Of a DNA stretch of 64,000 nt, positions 51,024 to 64,000 are shown one piece after another (within the stretch, counting starts at the first letter, position 1; each line of letters starts with the position of its first letter). The translations under genes were made by a program, and so were the position numbers. The stretch spans positions 32,054,001 to 32,118,000 of the forward strand of contig OX597814.1 in assembly GCA_951406725.2 (NCBI GenBank). Direction: 5' to 3'. A model generated the notes under the pieces. The model worked only from the letters and a program-made list of their open reading frames with translations, did no database searches and was not told the origin of the DNA. This DNA comes from Octopus vulgaris. Its lineage: Eukaryota.

Positions 51024-51939
51024 TGTATGTATGTATGTATGTATGTATGTATGTATGTATGTATGTGCGTGTGTGTGTATGTACGTGTGAATATGTGTAT
51101 GTATATGTTTATATAGGTGTGTACAGAAATGTGTGTGAGTGTATTTATCTCTGTAGCTATCTACCATATGAAAGATATTTTCATTTTACCAACATTTACG
51201 TTTGCGTCAACAATTTTCTCTTTAAGACAATATTTTTTTTTTCTTCTTATCTACATCCATTTGACTTATTTTCAGTTTTGTTGCCTTCACTCTTCTAGCT
51301 TTCTTCCTGTTCGATATTTTTTGGCTTCATTTCATTGTGAAACATTGTATTTCAAACTAGTTAAATGTTATTATGTTCACCTTCTTTTACTTACTTACAC
51401 ATTGTCTCCTAATTCTGCTTATTTTCTATTCTTCGCTTCCAACCTCTCATATAATACACCCCCTACACACTCTCTATTTATCACTCTGTCTGTCTCTCTT
51501 TCTTTCGTATTTCCTCTTCTACAGTGTCTTCTCTCTGCACAGAAACTCACACTTTGCCCCTTCTAACATAATTTATCTTTCATTATTGCTTCTTTCCTTT
51601 TTTTCCCTGTCTAAAATTCATACCTTTAACTGCCTACTGATATTTTCAATAACTACCTTTGTTGGATTTAAACTTTCTGAAATAATAGATTCTTTTACAT
51701 ACATTATATCATATTTTAATTTGTTTTGTCTATCTGATATATTTTTCTATTTGTTTTGTTGTTCTTGGTTAGTTTAGTTGTATTATTTTATATTTCTTTT
51801 CCATAATTACCATATAACATTTATGTTTATAATAGTTCTTTTTAACATGATAATATATGAATATGTAAATATATATAAACACACATATAAAAGAATATAT
51901 ACGTTTAACATTCAAGCTTGCGTGCGTATATACGTACAT

Positions 51940-52020
<81 letters not shown>

Positions 52021-52105
52021 TACATATATACGTTTATATATATATATATATATATACATAGATATGTAAATATTTATATATATATTTATATATATATATA
52101 TATAG

Positions 52106-52147
<42 letters not shown>

Positions 52148-52541
52148 TTGTATGCATATGTGCATGTGTGTGTGTGTTTGTGTATGTACATATATAAATT
52201 TCAAATCTATTCCAACACAAAACTACATATATACATATGCAAGTGTTTTCATGCTTTCATATAGATATTTAGACTGTATGCATACATATATATTATAAGT
52301 ATATGCGTATGTATATCGATGTGTATATATACATACACATATATCAATGCAGACAAAAAATATGATTGATAAAGAGATACTAAGTGTACATGTAAGATTG
52401 TATATTCATACAAAACCATTTCAGAAATTTTCCGATGTATCTATAGATAACAAATTAACTTCATATCTGTGAATGTATCTCTTTATGTATGTCTTTTTAT
52501 AACCTCTTATACATACATACATACATACATACATACATACA

Positions 52542-52576
<35 letters not shown>

Positions 52577-52759
52577 TTATAATGTATGTATTATTGCATG
52601 TATGTATATAAATATATATGCACATATATATATATATATTCATATATATATACATGCGTATATATATATACACTTATATAAATGTATATCTATGTATGTA
52701 TGTATATGTATATATATATATACACAATACACACACATATATACACTGATACATACATC

Positions 52760-52826
<67 letters not shown>

Positions 52827-52828
52827 TG

Positions 52829-52862
<34 letters not shown>

Positions 52863-52898
52863 CGTTTGTATGTATGTATGTATGTATGTGTGTATATG

Positions 52899-53073
52899 CA
52901 AGTATATGTTATTTTCATGATGTTTATGTTCCTACTAATCCATGATATTATCAACCTCACTTTCTGTCTGTATTTTTCTCACTGTATAGGATGTATATAC
53001 ACACACATATATATTTATATACATACTTATATAGTTATATATGTATATGCCCACACGCACACACAAACAAACA

Positions 53074-53143
<70 letters not shown>

Positions 53144-53371
53144 TATATATTTATATACAAATATACAATGATACATATATTATAAATATATATATGTATG
53201 TATGTATACGCACACAAGTGTATGTCATTTTCATGATGTTTATATTCCTGCCAATCCATGATAATATCAACCTCACATTCTGTATGCATTTTTTCTCACT
53301 GTATATATATGCATATGTCTGTATGGGATGTATATACACACGCATATATACACAAACAAACACACACATAA

Positions 53372-53416
<45 letters not shown>

Positions 53417-53420
53417 CACA
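52899..53420 (+). repeat. Diverged ~315-bp tandem duplication among microsatellites
   Basis: caagt(a/g)tatgt(t/c)attttcatgatgtttat...tatcaacctcac...ttctcactgtata occurs at ~52899 and ~53215. Confidence 0.8.
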
Positions 53421-54147
53421 CACGTGTGTATCTATGTATGTGTAAATGTATATATAGTGATATCATTCTTAAATACATGCCAGAGATCGAATAATGGAGA
53501 ATCTATACGCCCCTAGTGCATCTCTCTTCGTGATCTCAATTCTTTTACCCTTTTTGATCCCCAGTATCAGTCTTTGCATGATTCCATTTTAAACAGGGCC
53601 TGTATTTTCTCAATGTCTTAAGCATCTGTACGTGCTTCATCCCAAAGTTATTTTATGCTATCAAGTTCCGTGTTTATGGCTTACACGGTGGCAGTTTGTC
53701 GAAATTGCTAGTGTCTATTCATTCCAGGTCCTTCGAAATCGCAACGGTTTACTAGAATTTATCACCTGCCATTACTCTTCAATAAACCAATTCCACTACC
53801 ACTATTTTGTTTGCTGTTTCGTACTCTCACTGCTTATATCTATCCCGAGCAGCAGCTAATATTTCGCTTAGACTCAGGGGTTTTCCTATTGTATCAGTAA
53901 CTCATGAGCATCATCTACCCACTTAAAAAAACACAAACTGATAAACGCTCACACATACACTTCAGTTTTCACTACTTAGCTCACTCGTACACACTATGGC
54001 TAATTCTTCACCCTGCCCACACATTGGTATCTCATATCCAACATTCTTCTCTCCGAGTAGTTGATCTACAGCCTCTTACAGCCTCTATTTCTCGATAATT
54101 TTATGTAACTATGATAATATGTCAACGAGTCAATATACACACATCTA

Positions 54148-54530
54148 GTGGAGGCGCAATGGCCCAGTGGTTAGGGCAGCGGACTCGCGGTCGTAGGATC
54201 GTGGTTTCGATTCCCAGACCGGGCATTGTGAGTGTTTATTGAGAGAAAACACCTAAAGATTCACAAGGTTCCTGCAGGGGGTGGTGGTGAACCCTGCTGT
54301 ACTCTTTCACCACAACTTTCTCTCACTCTTTCTTCCTGTTTCTGTTGTACCTGTATTTCAAAGGGCCAGCCTTGTCACACTCTGTGTCATGCTGAATCTC
54401 CTCGAGAACTACGTTAAGGGTTCACGTGTCTGTGGAATGCTCAGCTACTTGCACGTTAATTCCACGAGCAAGCTGTTTCGTTGATCGTATCAGCTGGGAC
54501 CCTCATCGTCTTAACCAACGGAGTGCTCCT
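54148..54530 (+). mobile_element. SINE family D (more diverged copy)
   Basis: Consensus match. TSD-like atatacacacatcta / atatacacatatcta. Confidence 0.9.
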
Positions 54531-54767
54531 ATATATACACATATCTACGCCGAGTCTCAAGCAATTAATTCCCCAATATTTTCACATATAAACGTATATC
54601 ATACATTCATACAGTCTATCTCGCACACGCTCAATCCCCAGCTCTCAATGTGTTACTGGCGCACATAAAATCTGTAACATCTTCTGTTTCACTCGGCAAA
54701 ATATTTCAAATTCCATTAACAACTGATTGTAAAAAATACTTTTAATCATCTACGTACGTACGTCCAC

Positions 54768-55090
54768 ATGTATGTATGTATGTATGTATGTATGTATGTA
54801 TGTATGTATGTATGTATGTATGTATGTATGTATGTATGTATGTATGTATGTATGTATGTATGTATGTATGTATGTATGTATGTATGTATGTATGTATGTA
54901 TGTATGTATGTATGTATGTATGTATGTATGTATGTATGTATGTATGTATGTATGTATGTATGTATGTATGTATGTATGTATGTATGTATGTATGTATGTA
55001 TGTATGTATGTATGTATGTATGTATGTATGTATGTATGTATGTATGTATGTATGTATGTATGTATTTATGTATGTATGCATGTATGTATG
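54768..55090. repeat. (TATG)n microsatellite, ~80 units
   Basis: Directly visible, almost perfect. Confidence 0.97.
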
Positions 55091-55847
55091 TCATTATTCA
55101 GTTTTTCTTCAAGATTTCAAGATGTATGCATGTATCGCAGATTTGTAGACCTTTTTGTATTAAACATATTGAGACCTAAGTACCCATCCCATGTCTTTGG
55201 TCTATACTGAGACGACAGATTGAGTATATTCCATATCTGGGATTGTCACACCCTAGGCCTTAAAATTAGGCCTTCAAATCACAGTCGCTACTAATATGTC
55301 AAAACTCGATATTTTAGATGTTTCACTAGACGTAAGCATTTCTTATAAAGCATATCTCTAATAGTTCACAGTTCATAAAGAGTCATACTGATGAATGTTT
55401 ATGCATAATTTTACACTCATCTTTCAGCCTAGCCATTGGCAAAAATGGGAAAGAGTTGAAGGTTATTGCAAATATGAATTGCAATGCATAATATCACATT
55501 TACCGCATCATATGCTCATAATGCAAGGAAAATTACATTGGTGAAACGGGCTCAAAAAGATCAGGTTAGAATGCATAAACAACAAACTAAGGACGTGTCT
55601 CATGGAAATGTTCTATAGCTGAAAATTTAAAATGTCTACATTTTCTAAAAATAGTAAACAGGTAGAAACTTATCACCTATGAATGACAATTGAAAAGTAT
55701 CTTATAATAATTCGGAACCCGAAGCTGACGTGAAAATTGTCAACAACACAACTAAAATAATATATACCATACATATGGATAATACTATCACACCTTATTT
55801 GAAAATTGTGCGCAGCTAAATGTCGTGGAATTTTTAAAGGTTTTTAT

Positions 55848-56300
55848 ATCTTACTATAATGGGCCTGATGTCCGTCTGTCTGTCTGTTCTATTTTCACGA
55901 TTAAACGGCTAAACCAATGGTGACGAGGTTTGTCGGGATTAAGGAGGTAATCAGGAACGTTTTAGCGGAAAAAATGTGAAAAAGTTTGATTATTTAGTGG
56001 ATATTAAGTTTTGTATTAATAAATCACCTTTGATTCTTTTTTTTTTGTTTTGTTAAAATTCAGGCAACGAGGGTTAGCCCTTGATTTCCATCCCGTACAG
56101 TTCGTGAATTTAGAGGGTTTAGATCTGCGATTTTATCCCTTTATTTCCCATAGAAGATGGGAAGATTTGCTATCTTAATATAATGGGCGTTATGTCCGTC
56201 TGCCTGTCTGCCTGTCCGTCTCTTTGTCTATTATCCCTTCACGGCCAGACGGCTGCACCAATGCTTACAATATTTTTCGAGGCTACAAAGACAGTCATTA
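55848..56300 (+). mobile_element. Two decayed Helitron-like 5' termini (~325-bp spacing)
   Basis: aTCTTA(C/A)TATAATGGGC..atgtccgtctg(tctg)n...cacg..a(a/g)acggct.(a/c)accaatg at ~55848 and ~56173, resembling non-autonomous Helitron 5' ends. No CTRR end found. Confidence 0.4.
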
Positions 56301-56431
56301 GGAAGAATCTTTGCATTAAAGAAACCAGAAAGTATGATTATTTGGTGGATATTGATTTTTGAATTGATAATCCACCTTCGAATTTTTATTAAAAACTCAC
56401 TGACCACGAGAATCTCTGTATTTTGTATGTA

Positions 56432-56698
<267 letters not shown>

Positions 56699-57421
56699 CG
56701 TGTAGCTCGTGGCCCCATCGGAGATACGAAGGGGGTCAAGAGCACGCTAAATTGCGAATATAAATGGAAAAAAGTGGATGTAAGTATATAGCGTGTGTGT
56801 GATTATTTAGTAGTTATTGAAGTGTGTCAGTCTTGAGCAGGATTCGAAACAGCTTTTAAAAGCGGCTGTTATTTCCATCTCAGTTTTGTCAATCAAAATA
56901 ACCCATGGTACTAGAACATCCAGACATTATTTGCATAGAACAGTTAGAGGTAAGTCTTAATTTGATTTTTATAACCCTAAATATATCTCTGCCTCATTCA
57001 CAGCAATGAAAAGCACAGGGCCAGACTTTAGATCTCGAAGGTGTATTTTTACCCAGTCCGATGTTTACACACGGCTAGCTATGCGTCGATATCAGTAGAA
57101 CAACAGACACCAGTAGTTTGAAAATTAGTGTCGACCAAACAGAAAATATCGTCTATTCATGATAGAGAGGCTAGAAGCCTAATTCACTTCAGGAATGAAT
57201 CGTCATCACATGTTACTTAGTCGCAAACACGTCATATAGCTGCAATACAATGCTGTATCACCAACAATAATATGATTTTTCGAAGATATAACACGGTAAT
57301 CTATCAACACCTTTACACATTTCTCAATGCATACTGCTGTTATGACTTCCCTCCCTCATTTTATGCCTCCATTGAAGATGAGTAAATTTGCTACTATATT
57401 TATAATTCTTGATTTTAGATC

Positions 57422-57466
<45 letters not shown>

Positions 57467-57474
57467 CATGCACA

Positions 57475-57505
<31 letters not shown>

Positions 57506-57641
57506 CCATACATCTATATAGTCATATGTACGTGTATATGTATATGCATACTTATATAATACATATATGAACATATATGTGTGTGTGTGTGTGTGTGTGT
57601 GCGTGTTTGTGTGTGTATGTATATATACATATATACATGTA

Positions 57642-59289
57642 CACTACCGTCAGAAATTAATTAGCACCCTTGATTTTCTCTTCACTCAAGGTATTTGCTG
57701 TCACCTAGTGGCCATATCTCGAACTATTGCTTTGTTGTGAGTTCACTGTTGCGCAGAACGATGACGTAACTTTGTTTGCAGAGCAGTTTGAGAGTCTACA
57801 GCCTAATGATGTTGACATAGCAGTGCAACAACAACTTGGAGTGCGGATGCAGACAAATCTTCCTTTGTTTAATAGATATAGGTAGCGCCTCGCAAGGACC
57901 GAAATCACACCGTACTAAGTTTTCTCATCGCGTAAGACGTTTTGAACAGCTCGTAGGTTAATTGATTGTGTATTTGCAAGATTTTTTTCCTCACAAATTC
58001 TCCTACACTCTGCTTGATGACGTCACTTCTGGTTCACAAAACGTTCTGTTATACATCAAATAAAGTGAGAAATTCTGCTTTCTTTCTTTTTTGTTTAATG
58101 AATAATAACTCATAGCAGTTTTGTTATAGCATAACATTATTCAAATGAATAGTTTTAATGAAAATAACTGGTTTTTATCGTTCATTCCTAGATGGGCCCA
58201 AGACCTCGCATGACCTTGGAGAGACGGTACGAGGCTCTCTCGTGGCGTGGGAAGCTGTCGGAGGCTGCAATAGCCAGAAAACTTGGTGTAGCCAGGCGCA
58301 CAATTCAGTGCTTATTTAAGAAATACGAGGAAACCGGATCAGCAGCTGACGAAAAGGGTAGGGGACGGAAGAGGCTAACGACCCAGTGGGAGGACCGGAT
58401 GCTGATCCGAAAGTCGCTGTACAACCGAAGGGCAACGAGCCAGCAACTGGCGGAGGAGATGTAAAAGATGACAGGGAAGCAGTTGTCTACAACCACCGTC
58501 AAGACCAGATTACTGGAAGCTGGTCTAAAATCCTGTAGGGCCGCCCATAAGCCGCTCCTTACAGCCCAAAACTGGAAAGGCGGCTGCTCTGGGCCCGTGC
58601 CCACAAGACATGGACCGTGCAGCAGTGGTGGACAGTGATGTTCACTGACGAGTCGCGATTCAGTCTCGTCAGTCACAAGCCTGTCCATGTGCGACGCCGC
58701 AGGGGTGAGCGCTTCAACAAAGACTGCATTGCTCTCACCATGAAGCATGGTGGGGGTGGTCTGATGGTGTGAGGGGCGTTCAGCTACAGTGGTGTTGGGC
58801 GGCTCTATGCCGTCGAAGGCAACATCAACGCAGCAAAGTACGTTGAGATAGTACGGGATACCTCTTTGTTGGCGAGGAGTACGTGCTCCAGCAGGACAAC
58901 GTGCCTTCCCACACAGCCAAGCTCACAACCGGTTTCTTCAAGGACCATGGGGTAACGGTCATGGACTGGCCTGGCCAGTCACCTGACCTGAACCGACACA
59001 AGCTGTTTGGGGCACTTCTTGCTGCATGGAGGGCCATCCCTGCACAGTACCTGCAGGCACTCATAGACAGCATGCCGACCCGCGTAGCAGCTGTCATTGC
59101 TGCCAAAGAAGGAGCAACAAGATATTGACTAAATTTCACGATTAATAACAATTATGTGGTGTGCTGGGATATGTTTTAATAAATTTTTGATTATAAATGA
59201 GTTCGTTTCTGATAATAAGTTAATTAAATTAAGAAAATGTAAGAAAATGTAGAAATTTGAGAAGTGCTAATTAATTTCCGACGCAAGTG
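57642..59289 (+). mobile_element. Tc1-like DNA transposon (1.65 kb)
   Basis: TA TSDs at 57640-57641 and 59290-59291. Imperfect ~26-bp TIRs CACTACCGTCAGAAATTAATTAGCAC / CACTTGCGTCGGAAATTAATTAGCAC. Confidence 0.92.
58192..59128 (+). pseudogene. Tc1 transposase pseudogene
   Basis: HTH (IARKLGVARRTI), GRKR linker, VMFTDESRF, KHGGGGLMV*G, QQDNVPSH, WPGQSPDLN, LIDSMPTRVAAVIAAKEGATRY. Contains stops, frameshifts and a deletion removing the catalytic E. Confidence 0.92.
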
Positions 59290-59720
59290 TATATATATAT
59301 ATATATACCTACACGTGTGTGTGTGTATGTGTGTATGCTTGGATTTTTGAGCTAAGAACCCATCAATAATTATACATAGAATAAAATAGAATTTAATGGT
59401 ACTGTGTTATTATATAATACTTTCTTCGTTGCGTGACAATTTGCTGATATTATCACACTGTACCTTTTCTTGCAAGAAATCTTTAAAGCAGATATTCTGC
59501 ACTCTGTATACATAAAAATACACGGCCCCTCCCACAATTTATGGTCATCTACTAAAACCTACATCAGCCTCATTGTAAATTTTGATCATACGTGATTGCA
59601 TCTAAATATACAATTCATCGAATGCTCTTTTCTTATTAATCCATGTTTTTGTCAGGTTTCTTTAGTTTCGTTTCTTTTCTTTAATATTATTACTAAGGCT
59701 ATTGCCTGTATGACTAGCCA

Positions 59721-59792
<72 letters not shown>

Positions 59793-59829
59793 GATGAGGA
59801 GAAGAAGAAGAAGAAGAAGAAGAAGAAGA

Positions 59830-60045
59830 ATCCTTTCTACTATAGGCGCAAGACCTGGAGTTTTTTGACCGGGAAGCTAGTCGATTACGTCAATCTCAGT
59901 GATCAACAGTACTTCATTTCAGCGACCACAAAAGGATGAAATGCAAAGTCGACCTCGGTGGAATTTGAATTCAGAACGTAAAGACGGACAAAATGCCACT
60001 AAGTATTTTTCCGGCGTGCTAACGACTCTGCCAGCTCGTCACCTA
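59830..60045 (-). mobile_element. Decayed SINE family B (second tail type)
   Basis: Reverse complement of head and Meta-like core, with tail ...cttgcgcctatagtagaaagga. Confidence 0.75.
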
Positions 60046-60047
60046 AG

Positions 60048-61286
<1,239 letters not shown>

Positions 61287-61405
61287 CGGTGCACGATAAT
61301 ATCCCTATGATCTAGACCATCGTCTTTTTCATTGGCATAATTATTTCATACATATATCACACACACACACACATATATATAAATGCATGTACATATGTAT
61401 ATGTA

Positions 61406-61451
<46 letters not shown>

Positions 61452-61514
61452 CACAGACACATATATATATATAAATATGAATACATACATATATATATAT
61501 ATGTATGTATTATA

Positions 61515-61554
<40 letters not shown>

Positions 61555-61671
61555 GGGAGAGTGTGTGTGAGTGAGGTATTTATATAGATAGATAAATAGA
61601 TAGACAGATAGACAGACGGATGGATAGATAGATAGGTAGGTAGGTAGATATATATATATATATATATATAT

Positions 61672-61743
<72 letters not shown>

Positions 61744-62383
61744 GTAGATAGATATGTAGATGGAAACCTGAGTATGTACGAGCTCGTGTATGCATTACTT
61801 TAGATCTCGCACTTAATATCCAGTATTTCTTCCTGGTTACTAGTTTTGTTTTTGTTCATTCCCACATTTTTTCTTTCCTTCAGTTTCTTTATACCATATT
61901 TAGTTTTTACTTTGCTTCCTTTCTTGCTGCATCCTATCTTTGTCATCAGGCAGAGAAGAAACTCACATCATACGTACGAAACGCATCTCACTCCATCTAA
62001 TTGTGCCTTGTATCATTTTTGCTTCATCTCTCGTTCAACATATTCTTATCTTGTTCATCGAAGTCATTCACACCTTCCACAAAATATCACTCTCAGCCAT
62101 TTCCTCTATACTCTGCATTAATGGCCTACTTTCCACCGTTCTCTTCCAAAATACTCTTTATCATTTGCTCTTACCTTCATTCTCATCTCTCTCTCTCTCT
62201 TTCTTTCTCTCACTCGCTCTCTCTTCCTCTCAAGTTCTTTCGGCACTGAACACTCATGAACATGTGAAAGAACATGCATGCACGTCGTAAATACAGACAC
62301 ACATATACACGATGTGTGTACAAAAATTGACACACACTCTCTCACATACAAACACAAATATATATAAACAAAGGCACATAAAC

Positions 62384-62430
<47 letters not shown>

Positions 62431-62543
62431 TACACATATATATATAGATATGCATAATTACATGTATACATATATATAGATGTAATATATACATATGCAT
62501 CTATATATGTATATAAATGTGTGTGTACATCTGTATATACATA

Positions 62544-62589
<46 letters not shown>

Positions 62590-62639
62590 GCATATAATAT
62601 ATATAATATGGATGCAAAACCAGGGGCTACGTACCGGTA

Positions 62640-62683
<44 letters not shown>

Positions 62684-62824
62684 CATATATGCACATATAT
62701 ATATATATGTATGCGCAAAAGCTGTATAAATCAATATGACTCTTGTCCGATATACATATATTCGGGTGTATAGGTACACGGCGACCACTAGCTAATACAC
62801 TTATGCATATGTGTTTGTATGCAA

Positions 62825-62861
<37 letters not shown>

Positions 62862-63837
62862 CGTGTGTGTGTGTGTGTGTTTGTGTGTGTGTGTATGTAT
62901 ACGTAAATAATTAATAATTAATAGCCTCAGAAGCAGCGTTAATACCAAATTATAATATTTATCTACCACTTAATACAAGTATTGTATTACAACACTAGAG
63001 GACCTCACACATTATGCATAAAAGCTCGCTAATCGATATAAACCCGAATACTTTTATATACTGCGAATCCGCATGAGATCTGCTCCCACGGTAATCGATG
63101 CAATATTCTGCGTTCTGACACAACACTCGGATCTTTTCAGTTTGTCTGTTATTTTTCAATTTATTCAATTTGTTGTCCAATTTATTTCATATTTAGTCTT
63201 TTATGCTAATGACTGAGATAAATTCAATAAAAACAAAGTTAATAAATTTTAACGTTTGCAAATTTTGAGAAATTTTAGCCAATCGTAAGCCACAGACACA
63301 TTCATATGCCTATTTTCATAGTAACAAACCAAGCTGTCACCTAGCTGCTTACCCACGCAGTCATATTTCGCTTACGGTGCTTGTGAGATATGCTAAAAAC
63401 GATAGCTAAATAGACCTTAAATTACGTATCAAAAGTGTTTCTTAGTAGCTTTCTGCAAAATTGGATAAATTCCCATGTGCAGAATACAAATTCGCAAAAA
63501 TTTTCTGAAAATTCAAAAAAAAAAAAAGAAAAAGAAAAAATAGAAAAATCATATGGCGTCCGAAAAGCAGAATTCTCCCAATATCTCATTTGTTTAGAGT
63601 AGGCAGAACGTGGTGTCACGCGCAAAATGACAAATTCCAAATCCTGCTTTCTGACTTGTCAAAAAGTTTTTTTCTGGAAAAATAAAATATTCCTGGAGAT
63701 TCAGCGTCGAAAATTACTTCAACTGAACAAATTTTAAAATTTTCACTTAACTTTGAAATTTCCGTAGGAGCAGCTAAACAGAAAAGATCCCAACACCCGC
63801 ATTAAGCGGGATATAAACATTACCTTTATATGTGTGC

Positions 63838-63896
<59 letters not shown>

Positions 63897-63920
63897 TGTC
63901 TGTGTATGTTTGTGTGTATA

Positions 63921-64000
63921 GGCGCAGGAATTGTAGTGTGGAAAGTAGGTTGTTTACCAGCCACATGGTTCTGGTCCCACTGCGTGGCATCTTGGGCAGG
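63921..64000 (+). mobile_element. SINE family A head (cut by the window end)
   Basis: ggcgcaggaattg...ccacatggttc...cccactgcgtggcatcttgggca. Confidence 0.8.

Noticed and set aside
50961-53516. Many overlapping YI/CV/HT-rich ORFs (also 54746-55210, 62118-62969)
   Set aside because: Stop-free microsatellite translations.
62995-63815. Possible DNA-transposon or Helitron remnant with hairpin cccgc-attaa-gcggg near 63796-63810
   Set aside because: No CTRR terminus at the expected distance, and no 5' end or TIR identified.

Overview
This is eukaryotic, very AT-rich DNA saturated with microsatellites. Its SINE repertoire is typical of an octopod cephalopod (Octopus-like; this is an inference). I cannot support any host protein-coding gene, and nearly all listed ORFs are microsatellite or SINE artefacts. 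The window is a layered transposon archive with these components. (1) At least five SINE types. (2) A 6.5-kb head-to-tail dimer of a non-autonomous Helitron, carrying nested antisense Helitrons and a captured SINE, inserted into the (TA)n tract of a SINE. (3) Tc1, mariner and maT(DD37D)-like DNA transposon relics. (4) Penelope-like RT and GIY-YIG relics, plus three short (TA)n-associated elements with minimal type-I hammerhead ribozyme motifs. (5) R4/Dong-like RLE LINE 3' parts ending in (TAA)n or (ACAT)n arrays, and RTE, CR1-like and Tx1-like 3' ends. The most notable item is a TSD-bounded ~2.15-kb retroelement encoding only an ORF1/gag-like zinc-knuckle protein, with no RT. It sits in the tRNA-derived head of a SINE, which itself sits inside a mariner. 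Its 3' end is shared with a Tx1-like LINE fragment and with one tail variant of a Meta-domain SINE family. This suggests a LINE / ORF1-only / SINE mobilisation system. All family assignments come from visual motif recognition, not database searches.
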